From assembly GCA_020891255.1 (NCBI GenBank), contig BQFW01000017.1:1-64000 (forward strand): a stretch of DNA of 64,000 nt, read 5' to 3'. Shown piece after piece: positions 27,319 to 39,819 of the stretch (within the stretch, counting starts at the first letter, position 1; each line of letters opens with the position of its first letter). Source of the DNA: Entomortierella parvispora E1425 (Eukaryota; Fungi; Mortierellomycota). The notes under the pieces are model-generated. The model did no database searches and was not told the DNA's origin. It saw nothing but the letters and a program-made list of their open reading frames with translations. Made by a program: the position numbers and the translations under genes.

Positions 27319-29172
27319 ATGTCGCGCGACAGTGACAGCCACCGCAACGACAGCTCGGCCTCTTCAGAGCGGACTGCGCTCTTGCGCAACCAAGAGTCAG
27401 ACCGCCACCCCAGCGGCACTCACCCTCCACCCACAGGTCTCTGGCCTTGGCGACCCCACTATTGGGCTGCCATCCCCGTCATCTTCTTGGCTGGACTCTC
27501 AATTGGCCCCGCCGTGGCCATGAACGCGCCTCTGGTCAAAGAGCTTTTTTGTGAACGAGGTATCCCAAAGTTCTTCCCTGGCAACTTTAGCTCCGACGAA
27601 CGAGCCGGATATGGGCATCATTCGACCCCGAATGGTCCAGAAGGCGACGGTCGATGCAACACGGCCGAATACAGTGCCGCTATTGCAAAATTTGTCGGCA
27701 TCAATGCCTCGCTCTCGGCCATCGCCATCACCCTGACAGTCCGGTTCTGGGCCATGCTCAGTGATCGTATCGGACGTAAGCGATCCATGCTGCTCTGGGC
27801 CTCGGGCATGTGCTTGGGTCAGTTGGTTCCGCTTTTGGTCTACTACGTCAAGGACATGAGCGTCTATATGCTCTGGATCGGTGGACTGATTGAAGGGTTC
27901 GCGGGCTCGATCTTGTGTGTGATTGCGCTCACTCATGCCTATGTCGCAGATGTTACACACCACGAGCAGCGGATCGTGGTCTTTGGAAGAGTCATGGCTG
28001 GATACTATGCTGGTCTTGGTCTCGGGTAAGCCTCATCCCATACCTGCCTGATTCGTGCTTCTCACCCCTCGAAACAGACCTTAAAAGACGAGAAGCTCAT
28101 GCAGAACTCTTGTCATTTTGAAATAATAGATCTGCTCTGGGCGGCCTGATTGTCAAGAGGTTTGGCTTGATCGCTGCGTTCTGGCTCATGCCCGCCATGT
28201 TTGCTTTGGATGTAGTCTACATCTCTTTTATCCCCGAGTCCTTAACTATGGCCATGTTGGCCCATGGTGGCAAGAAGCCAAAGCCTGCAACCATTGTAGA
28301 GGTCGCCATTGAGGATGATCGCGCCATTGGAAACGTCTCGCGCCCTGCCAGAACTGGAGACAGTCGATTGGAGCGATTCAAAAAGTCTCTTCTTCCTGAG
28401 CAGCTTCCTGGTCGTCTCGGTGGAAAACATAGTGTTTTCTTGCTCCTCCTCACTTGCTTCTTTGTCCTCCTCGCGATTTTGGGTAAGGAAAAACAGAAGG
28501 AACGTTTCGCACCCCCTGCTACTTGATCTCATCACTGACTTTTACGTTGTACCTACATATGGCAAATGTGCCTGCATCGATCTTCTTTTTCCTCCTTCTC
28601 CTATCTTTTTAGGCGCCACATTCCAGGTCTCGACCTACCTTTTGTATCGATTCCAGTGGACGACGATGCAGCTGAGCAACGTTGGCACCATCCAGGGCCT
28701 CAGTCGCTTGGTGGCCTTGACAGTTTTGCTTCCCTTTGTCAAGCGCTTCTCCCCCCGCACCAGCACTTCGGATCCAGCGACCAGCATCAGTTTTGATTTG
28801 AAGGTGGTCGTCATTGGATTGTTTATCGAGGCGTTGACTTACTTTCTTTATGGTGCTTCGACCGTGGGTGAGGGATTCTATGTCGGTGGAGTCACTGGCG
28901 CCGTGGGATCTTTGTTCTTCCCTGCTATCCGCGGAGTGCTCTCCCAGGCTGTTTCGTCCGAGATGCTAGGTCAAACCTTGGGCACATTGGCGACCTTTGA
29001 GTCCCTGGCCGCGGTCTTGGCCCCCTCATTGGGTGCTTGGTTCTATGGTGTCACGCTCAAGGTCCACCCTTCAGCGGTATTCTATGCTGCCAGTGCAATG
29101 GCCATGGCCTCTACGCTCTTGGCAGCATCGGTTTTGTTTTCCCACACTAGAGAAGTGCGCTCTCGCCACTGA
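27319..29172 (+). CDS. MFS transporter, SLC46/PCFT-like (multi-exon)
   Basis: Motif-A-like LSDRIGRKR, AYVADVT, PAIRGVLSQAV, multiple TM segments; N-terminal ERTALL dileucine-like signal. Confidence 0.85.
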
Positions 29173-29298
29173 GTTATTTTTTGTTAGATATACCCCCCCC
29201 CCTCCTCTCCTCTGGACGGTGAAGAGATGATCTCTCACAACTTATTCGCCATTAAATTACAGATCTATGATTTTTTTTTTGATGTCATGCATGGTCCT

Positions 29299-31727
29299 TT
29301 ATTGCCGTATTAGGGTCACAATCATCTGGAGCATGCTGCCAACCATCACAAAGCCCAAAAGGACTGTCGTTCCAACAACGATCCCCTTCACGGCTCTGGA
29401 CCCTGCCTTTGGAAAAGCTGTCGTGGATAAGCCTAGTCCTACCGCTGTCGACCCCCCATGGTCCGCAATATTCTCGAGCAGACTTTCAGAGAGGGACTGA
29501 GTGGATCGGTAGCTCTGTCGGACCATGTAGACGAAAGCCGCCGCGGCTTTGAGAGCGTGGTGACCGTCGAGATGCCGTGCGGGTACAATGTTGAGCATGG
29601 ACAGAGCCAATGAAAACGACATTGTGTATCGGACCGTCAGCAAAATGGCATTGGGAAGCCAAAGAGGCAAGAACGACCATCGAGTCCCCACGCTCGTCAC
29701 CTGGACTGCTTCCCAAATGTCTTTTGGATCGCCCTGATAGAGGACCACCTGTTGTACGGTGCCATCATCATTGTTTTCTTGACCAGGGGGAGTCGACGTC
29801 CATGATGGCGATGCATAGTGGAGTCGTGTCATGGCTGCCGTCGTAAAGGCGTGGAAGGGCCGAAGACATGTGCTGCCACTGTCGCAGGATTGATCTTTGG
29901 CTGTCGAACATCTCTGTGGGTTCGGGCTGGCAAGAATATCAACCGAAGTCAGACACTGACCTTCGGGGGCTGATACTCTTTCTTCTACACGGTTGCCCAC
30001 AGCAATGGGTGCTTTCCATGGGTTCTCAAATGGTGTGAAGCACGATAGAGATAGATCGTCCGAGCGACCAAATGTTTCGTTGGCTGTGAAAAGACAACAA
30101 TCTGCAGGCTTGACTGAGAACATTGAGCAAGGAGAAAGCGAATACACACGAGTTAGCATTGCAGTCCTGCACGTTCCATTCTTGTGAATGCATATAGATC
30201 CTTCATACCATAGAGCAGATTGTTGGGTATGCAGAACCCGGGCTGTTGACTCGCCTCTTCTATCGCGCCTTCGCTTGTAGAATCTAACAGGAGTCGATTC
30301 CACGTAAACAAGGGGTCCCCTTGTAATGACATATCGTTCAGCTTTGTAACGATATGACCAGCCTTCAGATAACCAAATAAAGGTGAGCTCTAAAGAATGA
30401 ATAAAAGAGAGCAGCTCAGTAAGTCAAAGGAAATCGAGGCAGCCAATCTGAAGGTCATTCAACATGATGGTACATACAGGTGCTACATCCACAACGCTTA
30501 AACCATCCGTCATGTATCTCCATCCCACTATACGAAACGCGAGCTGAAGTGCACCGGAGGCTAAAAACGCCCATGCGAGAATAAAAAGAACGGCGTTGTG
30601 CCATACCCCTGCACAAATGACTTTGAGCTGCTGTAGTGGGGACATTGCTGCAAGGGCACGCGGGGAAATATCAACAAAGGCTCCTGGGTATAATATGTAC
30701 AAAAAGATGCCCGATGATAGCACTTGAGTTTTTTCCCTATAGGGAGAACAAACATTGGTCAGTCAATATCGCTCAAGTTCGATATTTGAATTTCAGGGAC
30801 TGTGTCATACCGAGCAGCAGCAATGGCATGGCCGGCCTCGTGTATAATTGCAGATACAAGAAGGGCAATAAGGTAGTATGGAAGGTGGGACAGAGGAAGA
30901 GTTACGCCCGGTATCTACAAGCAAGTATGCAAAGTATCAAAATTTAGCAAACGACAGATCAGCCAGTTACACCTCATGTTTTCTACAATTGACATTTTCA
31001 GCTCATACCACGGGCACAAAGACCATGTCGTCCTTATTTTCGTAAACCTGCTCTGTGGTCGGCCAAGTCTGCGGCGCCGCCTCCGCTGCTAGCTCTCGTT
31101 TCCGAAGCCTGTTCAAGGTCGACGCGATCCCTTCTTCTACTCCTGTGCCGGCCGATGGGTCACTTGAGGGCCAAAGAGACAAGAGATCTGATATTGCCAA
31201 TGACACCAGACTGACTGCAGCATATCCAAGCAAGGCAACGCCCAAGACCATCGCCAGCAATCCAAATCCGACGCCCAGACCATACCAAATTCTCCAAAAT
31301 CGCGCTAACCGAGGTGCGCTTCCAAGTCTGAAAAAGAAGGAGTTGAGACTTGTGGTCGAAAAGCGGACATGGAATGGTTGTACCAATAGCCCACTCGACG
31401 ACGCCGAGGCGGATGCCTTTGATCCTAGTCCTGATCCTTGCCCTGATCCCGATCCTGATATTGACTGCCCCTGACCAGAAGAGACTGTTGTTGGTAAAAG
31501 CTCATACTCCTAGAATGTCAAGAGTTGAAGTTAGACAATGACAATATCTGAGGACTTGTCTAATCATACTAATCATGGCATTCGATCGCCGTTTCAGACA
31601 GTACCTGACCGGAGCCAGGCCCTGTAGGAAGCTTTGGGCGATTCAGGAATCGTTGGAGAAGGAAGAGAAAGACATGGATGGCAAGCCAGGTGGCCAGGAA
31701 TGGCACGAGCAGCTGTGTAAGCCCCAT
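29299..31727 (-). CDS. MBTPS2: Site-2 protease (peptidase M50, MBTPS2-like; multi-exon)
   Basis: Reconstructed exon IPGVTLPLSHLPYYLIALLVSAIIHEAGH (HExxH), YPGAFV, AGVWHN, and LNIVPARHLDG (NxxPxxxLDG). Confidence 0.93.
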
Positions 31728-31925
31728 CGGAGAGAGCAGAGGCAGGACGTCTGTCCGAGAGAGAGGAGAAGCCGAATGGTGGAGCGGGAAGGATTAGCGC
31801 TGAAGTGAATTGAAGTAGGAAGCAAAGACATTTTCTCGACATGCAAGGCATGACCCGAGCAATGCCATTGCAAACCCTTAAGTTGACAGGTTGTCCAAGT
31901 TTTTTATTGGATTCAAAACGCCGAA

Positions 31926-34900
31926 CTATGGTCCGTTAAGGATGCTGAAGAAATCGTCGTCTGCCTTGGGTGGACGGGTTGGACCTGTCTTTGCTGTGCG
32001 CTGTGATTTATGAGACGCAGAAGAGTCTGATGGCTGAGGGGAAGCTCGACCCAAAGTCGCAGTGGATGGCGTGGGTGTTGGGTATCGTTGAGAAGAGATT
32101 CCGGCAGACGAGCCCACGGTGAGGGAGAACTTGTCCTTCCCTGCGTTGCTCTGGACTGAGGGTCTCAAAGACGGGGATAAAACGGAAGACGAGGGCAAAG
32201 GAGAGGCCGGTGATTGTGAGACTGCACTTGTGGGCTGTTGTGGTGAATTTGATACTCGCGTATCAGGTCGAGGTGTGGGGCGGAGAACGAGCGCACGTCG
32301 ACCCTGGACAACATCCGTAATGAGCTCGCTTCGTAAAATCTTTTGGATGTTGCTGCAACCTGCATGGATCTGGCCAATGGCGCTATTAATATCCCGGTCG
32401 CTCAACAGGCCCTTCAGCTTTGTTGCGCCCATGACCAAGTCTTCCCAGTCCAAGTTGTCGAGTGGGGTTGTGAATCCTTTTGCAGCGGTCAGCACGCCAT
32501 CCATGGTCTGTTGGTAGATCCGGCAGATATATTTGAGCTCCTAAGATGATACATGGTTGGGAACGGTCAGCTTCCATAACTGGAAAATAGGGGGGGGGGG
32601 GGGAGCCCGCTTGAGGAAACATACAGATATCAAACTACCAAGGAACTGACGCAAATCCTCAGCAACTGCAAGGACCTGGGGAGCCTCTACATCGCGTTCC
32701 TGATTCTCTGAGGGTGTTGTGCGGCCAGAGTTCTCGGCAAGTCGGACATGAAAGTGCTCTGTTAACCTCAGAATCTGGTCATTGGATCTCACAGAAAACT
32801 GGACAAGGGCCCGGAGGCCATCAAAGTACACCGACATCAACTTCGATTCGAAAAAGTGCTTGATAGGGTCCCTTGCAAAAAAATCTCTTTCACTCGCTCG
32901 CGATTGCCGATTGTGCCATTCTAGTTGTGAACAGTAATGTAGAGTTAGCAAAGATGAGTCGAAAAACACACGAAAAGGTAGAGTAGTATAGCGATCTTAC
33001 CTTGTTCAAACGCATGCATGGTATCTCCTACGAGAGTTGCCAGCCTTTTTGTACCATTCCGGAGTTGACGCAAATGAGCCGTTCCTTGAAGGCCCATACT
33101 TTCTAAAAGATGAACCATACGTCTAAAGTCCTTGTGTCCTAAGAGCAACTCGATCGACGCATCTCCATAAACGCTCTCCAGACTGCCAGATTTTAAAAGA
33201 GTTTCCATCTTGTCCACTTCAGCCATTTCCAGAAGCTCGGGTCGATTTCTTGTTAGACTTGAGGTTTTCGATTCTACAGAAGATGCGAGAGCTTGAGCAG
33301 CAGCACCGCTATGCCTTCCGGACTCCTCCAAGAGGGTAGCAAAGTTCATTCTTGCAGGAACCTGTAAAAGTCCCAACAAAGACGCTATGAGTCAAGGTTT
33401 TCAGTGCTGAATATCAACGAAATTAACCAAGCGATTTTACCTGGAAGGATCGACTCTCATCAAACACATCCGCCATGCCAGGTGTGCCTCCTTGTCCATG
33501 ATGGTTTCCACGTCTCTGCGAAGGAGGCCAGAACACATGTTAACACAACGAGCAGAGGACATCAAGCTGTAGTGTGGTTCAAGCCCAACGTTCAAACTTA
33601 CCACATCGGAGATGACATCCACGGCCTTCTTGCCTAGAATTTCAAGGGCGCCTAGTCCTGTACTGACAACATTGCCGCTGACAACATCAATAGAGGAGTT
33701 GGATTTTGGTTTTTTGGGGGTCTCCTGCACTGGACGGACGAATGTGTGCGGGACATGCGGAACAAAGGGGGCCTCAGTCGCATAGACATCCTCCTGTGGC
33801 GCTCTGTTCGACTGTCCTGCTTGAGTTACTTTACGATGGACACCCATCATGGCACTCCCCAGCGCATTCGAGGCGAAATCCAGTGTAGAAAATAGAGCCT
33901 CGGTGGGCCGTAGCTGATATCAGATAGAGCAGAGTTTAGTTTGTCGCTCGAGTCCATCTTTTCCACAAGGCTTCAATTCCATTATTGCGAGGCGCCTAGA
34001 ACTTACATCCGCAGAAGGCCGCCGCTGTATCGGCTGCTCCAGAGTTGCATGATCCTGTGGGCTCCCTGGCACATTCAGGCGACTTCCTTTTGTTTGTGCT
34101 TGCGCTGCCGATGCCCTCGAGTCTGAAGCGAATAAATCCTTGACCGATCTAGCTCCAGCAGAGGAAGGTGCCAGTGGAGGGCGACTAGAATTGGGCATTC
34201 CTGAGACGACAGGGTGGAGCGAGGTTGTATTTCCTGATTGGATCGGCGCCTGGTCGGCATGCCCCGGAGCTGGGGCCTTTGTTGCTGAGACAGGAGCAGG
34301 TATATCGGCCTTGGTCACCGCGGGTGACGACTCTGTCGATAAACTGTCCGCCTGCACTTTTGGAGGAGATGCTTGGATATCCACTCCTTGGTCATCCCAG
34401 TCATCGCCCCATGCATCCTCGTCTCCCCATGCATCTGCACCCTGGTCAGCCTCATCCCCTTTATATTCCAGCTTTGCAACTGGGAACGAAACGCTCCTTT
34501 GTTCATCCGTAATTTGAGGCTTCGATGTCTGCTTACCGACACTGGATGGCGAGCTTAGAAGATCCGACAAGTCGTCCTTTCTGTGGGACTCCATTCCACG
34601 AGTCTTTGGTGATGGTGACTGCAGATTCGGTTTGTGTGGTTGTTGCGGGGCCTGGTCTTTGTTCAAGCGCTCTCGTTGATATTCGAACTCTGGATCCAAC
34701 GATTCATATACGCGATCTATCTGCTCTGTCGCTACGTTGCGGATACCTTGGCCTAGAGATTATCGCAAGGTAGGTGCAAATGTAAGCTTCAGCACCGAAA
34801 AGAGGCTTGCCTTTGAGTGATTCAAGTGAATCAATTACTTACTTATAGTCTGAGCTTTCGAGACTACAGCGTTTGGATTTTCGATAACTTCGCTGACAGT

Positions 34901-35194
34901 GCTGACAGCGGTGTTAATCCACGACCCCAGAGATCCCCATCCTCGGTTCGCGTCGAGGTTCCTTGATTGTGCCTGTCCATAGTCATCCGAATTTATTCCG
35001 AAAGCATGCGGTTCGCGTTGCTGAGGCGGCTGGTCGTTTCCTGAGGAACGAGCTGAATTGCTTGAGAATCCATTACCAGGCTGTCGTCCAAGGTGATGCG
35101 ACTGAAAAGGAGAGGAGGATGCCTCGCTGAAGCCTCCAGCATCCTTGATGGGTCGAGTAGAAGCTGCGTTGGCACGGCGATTGCTGGCAGACAT
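31926..35194 (-). CDS. FAM114A (Noxp20/DUF719)-like protein (multi-exon)
   Basis: GWGSLGSW N-terminal motif and STGLGALEILGKKAVDVI, which match the FAM114 GLDALEFIGKKTM block as recalled. The start codon is inferred. Confidence 0.65.
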
Positions 35195-35282
35195 GGGAGC
35201 AGCCGATGCAAAGGATGAAGAGATGGCGAATGAAATGCATGCATGCATGGAAAATGGGCGGACACCCAGCCCAGGGCGGAAC

Positions 35283-35294
35283 AATCACGTGATT
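35283..35294. promoter_or_regulatory. Perfect 12-bp palindromic E-box AATCACGTGATT
   Basis: About 90 bp upstream of the inferred FAM114-like ATG. Confidence 0.4.
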
Positions 35295-35671
35295 ATTCAC
35301 TCTGCGGTCGCTTCGCGTCCATGGTCCCTTTGATCACCAGCTTGACTCGCGGCCTATCTTTAATAACTTCAATTCGACGCATCTTACGTCGTTTCCTTTA
35401 TTTTTGAAAGATATTCTATGGATATGTTTTGGTGGTGTCTCTTTGTCCGTCCATTCGACTACCTCTATCCGCTCCCACCTAGAGATTCAGGGCTCGCAGT
35501 TCGGCCGTTTGTGAGGAGCTCTGCCTCCATGGGTCTAAAGCCCCCTCAGTATTCAACAGCCTTGCATGCTCGCCTTGGCCACAAGACGGAATGCACCCGA
35601 GACGTTTTGTACAGCCAGGTTTCGCCAATGTTTAGCAAAGATCTGGAATAGCAGTCTGAAGCAACATGCTC

Positions 35672-38095
35672 TTATTTCTTGGGAACACTCCACGGGGCCT
35701 GCTGGTTCGCCGACTTCACATGGTGACCATTAGTCCCTGACGAGGTTGCTACTCCCGCCGTTGGAGTAGATGTACCTGATGATGGTGCGGACGTTTTTTG
35801 GTCCGAACGGATATAGAAGAGAACGTACGCAACACCATCGCCATTTTTGCTAGCTGCTATTGACGATGCTGCAAGTGCCGCAGCTAGGGCTGCTGATTCT
35901 GAGATGGCTCCGTTAATTAGAGCACTATGGCTGGACTTTGGCGAGGAGTATGGTGCAGGTGCAGGTGGTGCATGGCCGTCCACGGTGACGTCTGCTTCAC
36001 TAATGACCGTGATGTTGGTATCGTCGATATGAAGCCACTCCGCGTTTTGTCGAAGAACATCGCAGGTATAGTGTCCTCCAGCTGCCGTTCGTCCGTGGTG
36101 ATAAACAACTCCAAACAGTTTGTATGGAATGGGACTGGAAGGGCGTCGTGCAGGAGAAATGATTTCTATGGCAAGAAAAAAAAAGGAACGACATCTGTTA
36201 ATATAAAAGAATCTCAAGTTCCGTTTTCTCCAATAAATATATCATATAAAACGTACCAGGTTGAAGGTTCAGCACAGTCTTGTAACCGACTTGCTTATGA
36301 AGTTTTTGAGTGCCGCCATCCTTGTATATGAATCTCTTGAGATGGAGGACGAGGACAGGAGGTACCTGCTCGATGAATATTTTCTTGGTGGCTTCCACAG
36401 TGACGCCTCCTCTCTCCGAGCTTGTAAAGCCATCCAGGACCTCGGGCATTGTCGAGTTCAGGAGTGCATCCTCAATTGTGTACACGTTGTCGGGAGTAAG
36501 GTCCAATTGCATGGACTGATAAGGCTCCAGAGTCACGGAATCCTTCTGAGATGGGATGCGGAGAATGGATCGAAGTTGCCCAGAAAAAATGGTAGTGATT
36601 GGTGTTGCTGAAAACTGGGTTGATCGCGTGAAGGAGGCCTTGTTCTTGGGTCCAGTAACTTCCATCCATTCGTCCTCACTGACACCGCTCTCACTGCTGT
36701 CGTTGTCCAAGAAGCTGTCCAAGTCAGATCCCGGGGGTTTCTCCTTCATAGCCGCAAAGAACTCTTCGTGAAGACCATCCAGAAGGAATCCCAAAAACTC
36801 TTGACAGTCTTCCTGTCGACCCCTCATCGAATCGAACCTCTTGAGGCCCCTTAGTGCATCGTAGACATACTCTGGGACAAATGGAGGTCCATAATCTGGC
36901 AGATTTTTTGTTGCAAGATTAAACTCGTTCAGAAACATGATCCTAAAAATAAAGACGTATCCATTGTTCTATGCGTCAGCTCGTCGTTGTCAATGCTGAA
37001 ACAAGAGATGCAAGGTCATGAGAGACTTACAGAGAATCGACCAGAGGGGTGGAAGACTTGAAGCTATGCACAACGTGCTTGCCGATTTGCATCAACAGGT
37101 TATAAAATGGTGGACAGTGCAAGAGTGGTTGAAGAATCTAAGGTGGAAAACATTGCACCATGTTAGTCGCCATTGCCTCAACAAGGACCCGGCTATTGCC
37201 CATCCTACTTACAGCGTTCATAAAACACATGTTGCCGTTGTTCACAAGCCCCCTGGGCTGGATCAAGGGCGAAGAGTAGGAGGGTTTGTACTTGTGCAAA
37301 ACGTCTGCGATGCCATCAAACTGAGTCCCGTTCCCGTTGGTGACTCTACCACCTGCGCCGGAGGTCTTGTCCGACAGAGGGCCTGACGCTGGGGTTACTG
37401 CTGTGGTTGGAGCTGGATTTTTAGATCGCACAAGCTCTGCCCAGCTCTTTGGTTTGACCGGCGCAGCTGGTGTGGTCACCGAAGTCGTTGGAGCAGTTGT
37501 GTCCTGGGTTGCCGTTGCCGCTGCTGCTGCCTCTGCTGCTTCCCTTTGAGCAGCCGCTGCCTTGGCTGCGGCATCCTTCCTCCTCTGAGCACGCAGGAGT
37601 CTCTTTCTAGTAGGATACCAGGCTGTTTTATAAAGAGTGGATGTCAACAAATGTTAATGATCAATACGGGGTCCCACAAATGGCGCAGGTGGCATGGTGC
37701 TGTCCTTTTGTGTTTCTGCGTACCTTTGGGGCGCTTGCCAATGGACCAGATCACCTAGGGGCGGGTGACAGAATCAAGGAGTCAGATCCAAAATGTCAGT
37801 TGCAGTGCTGTGCGCGTCGGATCGATTAAAGCGATCGTTAGAAAGGCGCTCCTTACCGGGCCATCATCATCCTTCCTGACAACCTTGCTGATATCCTCCC
37901 TGGTCAGTTGTCCAAAAGCGGGCCCTTGTTGGGGGTCGTAAGACTATGCCAGTGTGACATTGGATTGCAAAGGGAATAATTAAGAGATTAGGTCCAAGCA
38001 GCATGCAGCGCGGGGGTGGAGCATCAACCGAAGAAGGTCATTGACAAATCGAGCTGTGCTGGTCAAGGGATGCATACATCGGCCAAGCTTTTCAT
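35672..38095 (-). CDS. UBP3: Ubiquitin-specific protease Ubp3/USP10-like (multi-exon)
   Basis: KPKSWAELV, Cys box [34 protein letters not shown], His box [15 protein letters not shown]...WLHIDD. Confidence 0.92.
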
Positions 38096-38510
38096 GAAGA
38101 GCGTGGAGGGGTGAGGGAGAGGGGAGGGGCGGAGTGGGTGCGGGGGTGCCGGATGGGGGCCTCGTGAAGGATGGGAAAGAGAATCCTCCTGGAGCGTTGA
38201 CTGTCGAGAGAGATGATGCGGAGAAGAGAGGAGAGAAAGAAAGAGAGCAGAGGGACAGAGGAAACGAATGGAAGGAAAAAAAAAATAATTAATTCAACCC
38301 CTCCATGGAATGGAGCGAGATCCTTCTCTCTTTCTTCTCTCTTTCTTCTCTCTTTCTTCTCTCTTGTCTGTCGCCTACTCTTGCACTCTTCTATCCCCCC
38401 CTCATGCGGTCAACAAGCATGGACTGACTACAGCAACAGGCATTTGGATCACTGTTGATGGAGGGCTCATTCGCGTCCATGGAGCTAGCCATGGCCCTGG
38501 TCTGATTCGT

Positions 38511-39567
38511 TTATTTCATGCTGGTCTCCCATAGCTCCGGCATGACCTGTGGCAGATCTTTGATCGAATGGATCCGAAACTTTCCACTGGAAGAGTCCTC
38601 TGCTGGGTCTTCCAGGAGATGCACTGCGTTCCACCCAACCTGTGTTGCCATCTCTACATTCGCCGAGGAATCATCGACAAAGTAACATAGCGACGGATCA
38701 GTGACACCTGCCTCTTCCATGGCCTTCTCAAAGGACCTCCTGTCGGGTTTGCATACAAACTGAGGTGCCAGGTAGTTGCAGAAGGTAACTCCATGAAAAA
38801 GGCCATCAAGCCCAAGGATGCTGACCACTCGTTTGGCGTGCTAGTGTAAACAGAGAGTCAGCGAGTAGTTCTGGGGGGGAGATCGACCTCTTCAGTTGTG
38901 GACTTACAGACTCGCCAGCGTTGGTGAAGAGCCATTTCTTGCCAATATTCATAGATTGTATCATGCTGCGGAGTGCCGGGTCTTCCTTCAGGATGATTTC
39001 TAGAGGCAATGCTCCGTCCACCTTTTCGTCATAATCTCTGATATCTACTTCGGGGTGCCTTTCCACCAAACCACGGATTGCAAGCCCGTACGTGATGTAG
39101 TAGTGCTGTACCAGAGATTCCACTGTTAAGAAGAGGAGGCGCTGATATGTAAGTACCAATGTCTTCAAACGCTCAGTTCCAATCACATTTTGATGTCGTG
39201 CCTTCTGAATGTGGGATCCCTGACGCTTTGAAGTAGTTCTCGATCCTAAGAGTGTGGAGGAGTCATTTCAAAGTTATCTAAGGTGCGTCAGCAATAAAAA
39301 TATTGTTTTTTGAACAACGAAACCCTCTTACCGGTCCTTCATTAAAGCTGGAATGCCGGACGACTTTGGATAAAGGCAATTATCAATGTCAAAGAAGAAG
39401 ACGCGTTGGTCTGGACGGGAGTTGCTTTGAAGGCTCTCCCGTGGTAGCAGGTCCGATCGGGCTCTGGCCCCACGGTTCAAGGTCACTACGCAGCAGCGAC
39501 GCGTAATGGCTCTAACTTTTGATTGTGTCTGCTGGGTGAACGTTGGTAGGGTGAAGATTCTATTCAT
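38511..39567 (-). CDS. SDT1: HAD-family pyrimidine 5'-nucleotidase Sdt1/Phm8-like (multi-exon, one GC-AG intron)
   Basis: VFFFDIDNCLY, YGLAIRGL, WLFTNA, CKPDRRSF, YFVDDS. The start codon is uncertain. Confidence 0.88.
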
Positions 39568-39819
39568 GTTGACAAAGGAGGAGGATGAAGACAAAAGTTC
39601 CAATGAACAGCTGCCGCATGAGGCATCCACTTTCCGCGCTGCATTGCATTGCACGTGATTTTTTTCGTTCACCACCATACTTTCATGCTAAATTTTTTTA
39701 TTAGTATGCTGTTGTATGTTGAATACAATAATTGCCTCGTAGGGCAGTTGAAATAGGTATATGTTGAATATTGTACAAAAAAAAACAATGAGAAAAGCAA
39801 AGGAAAAGACACAATGTCT

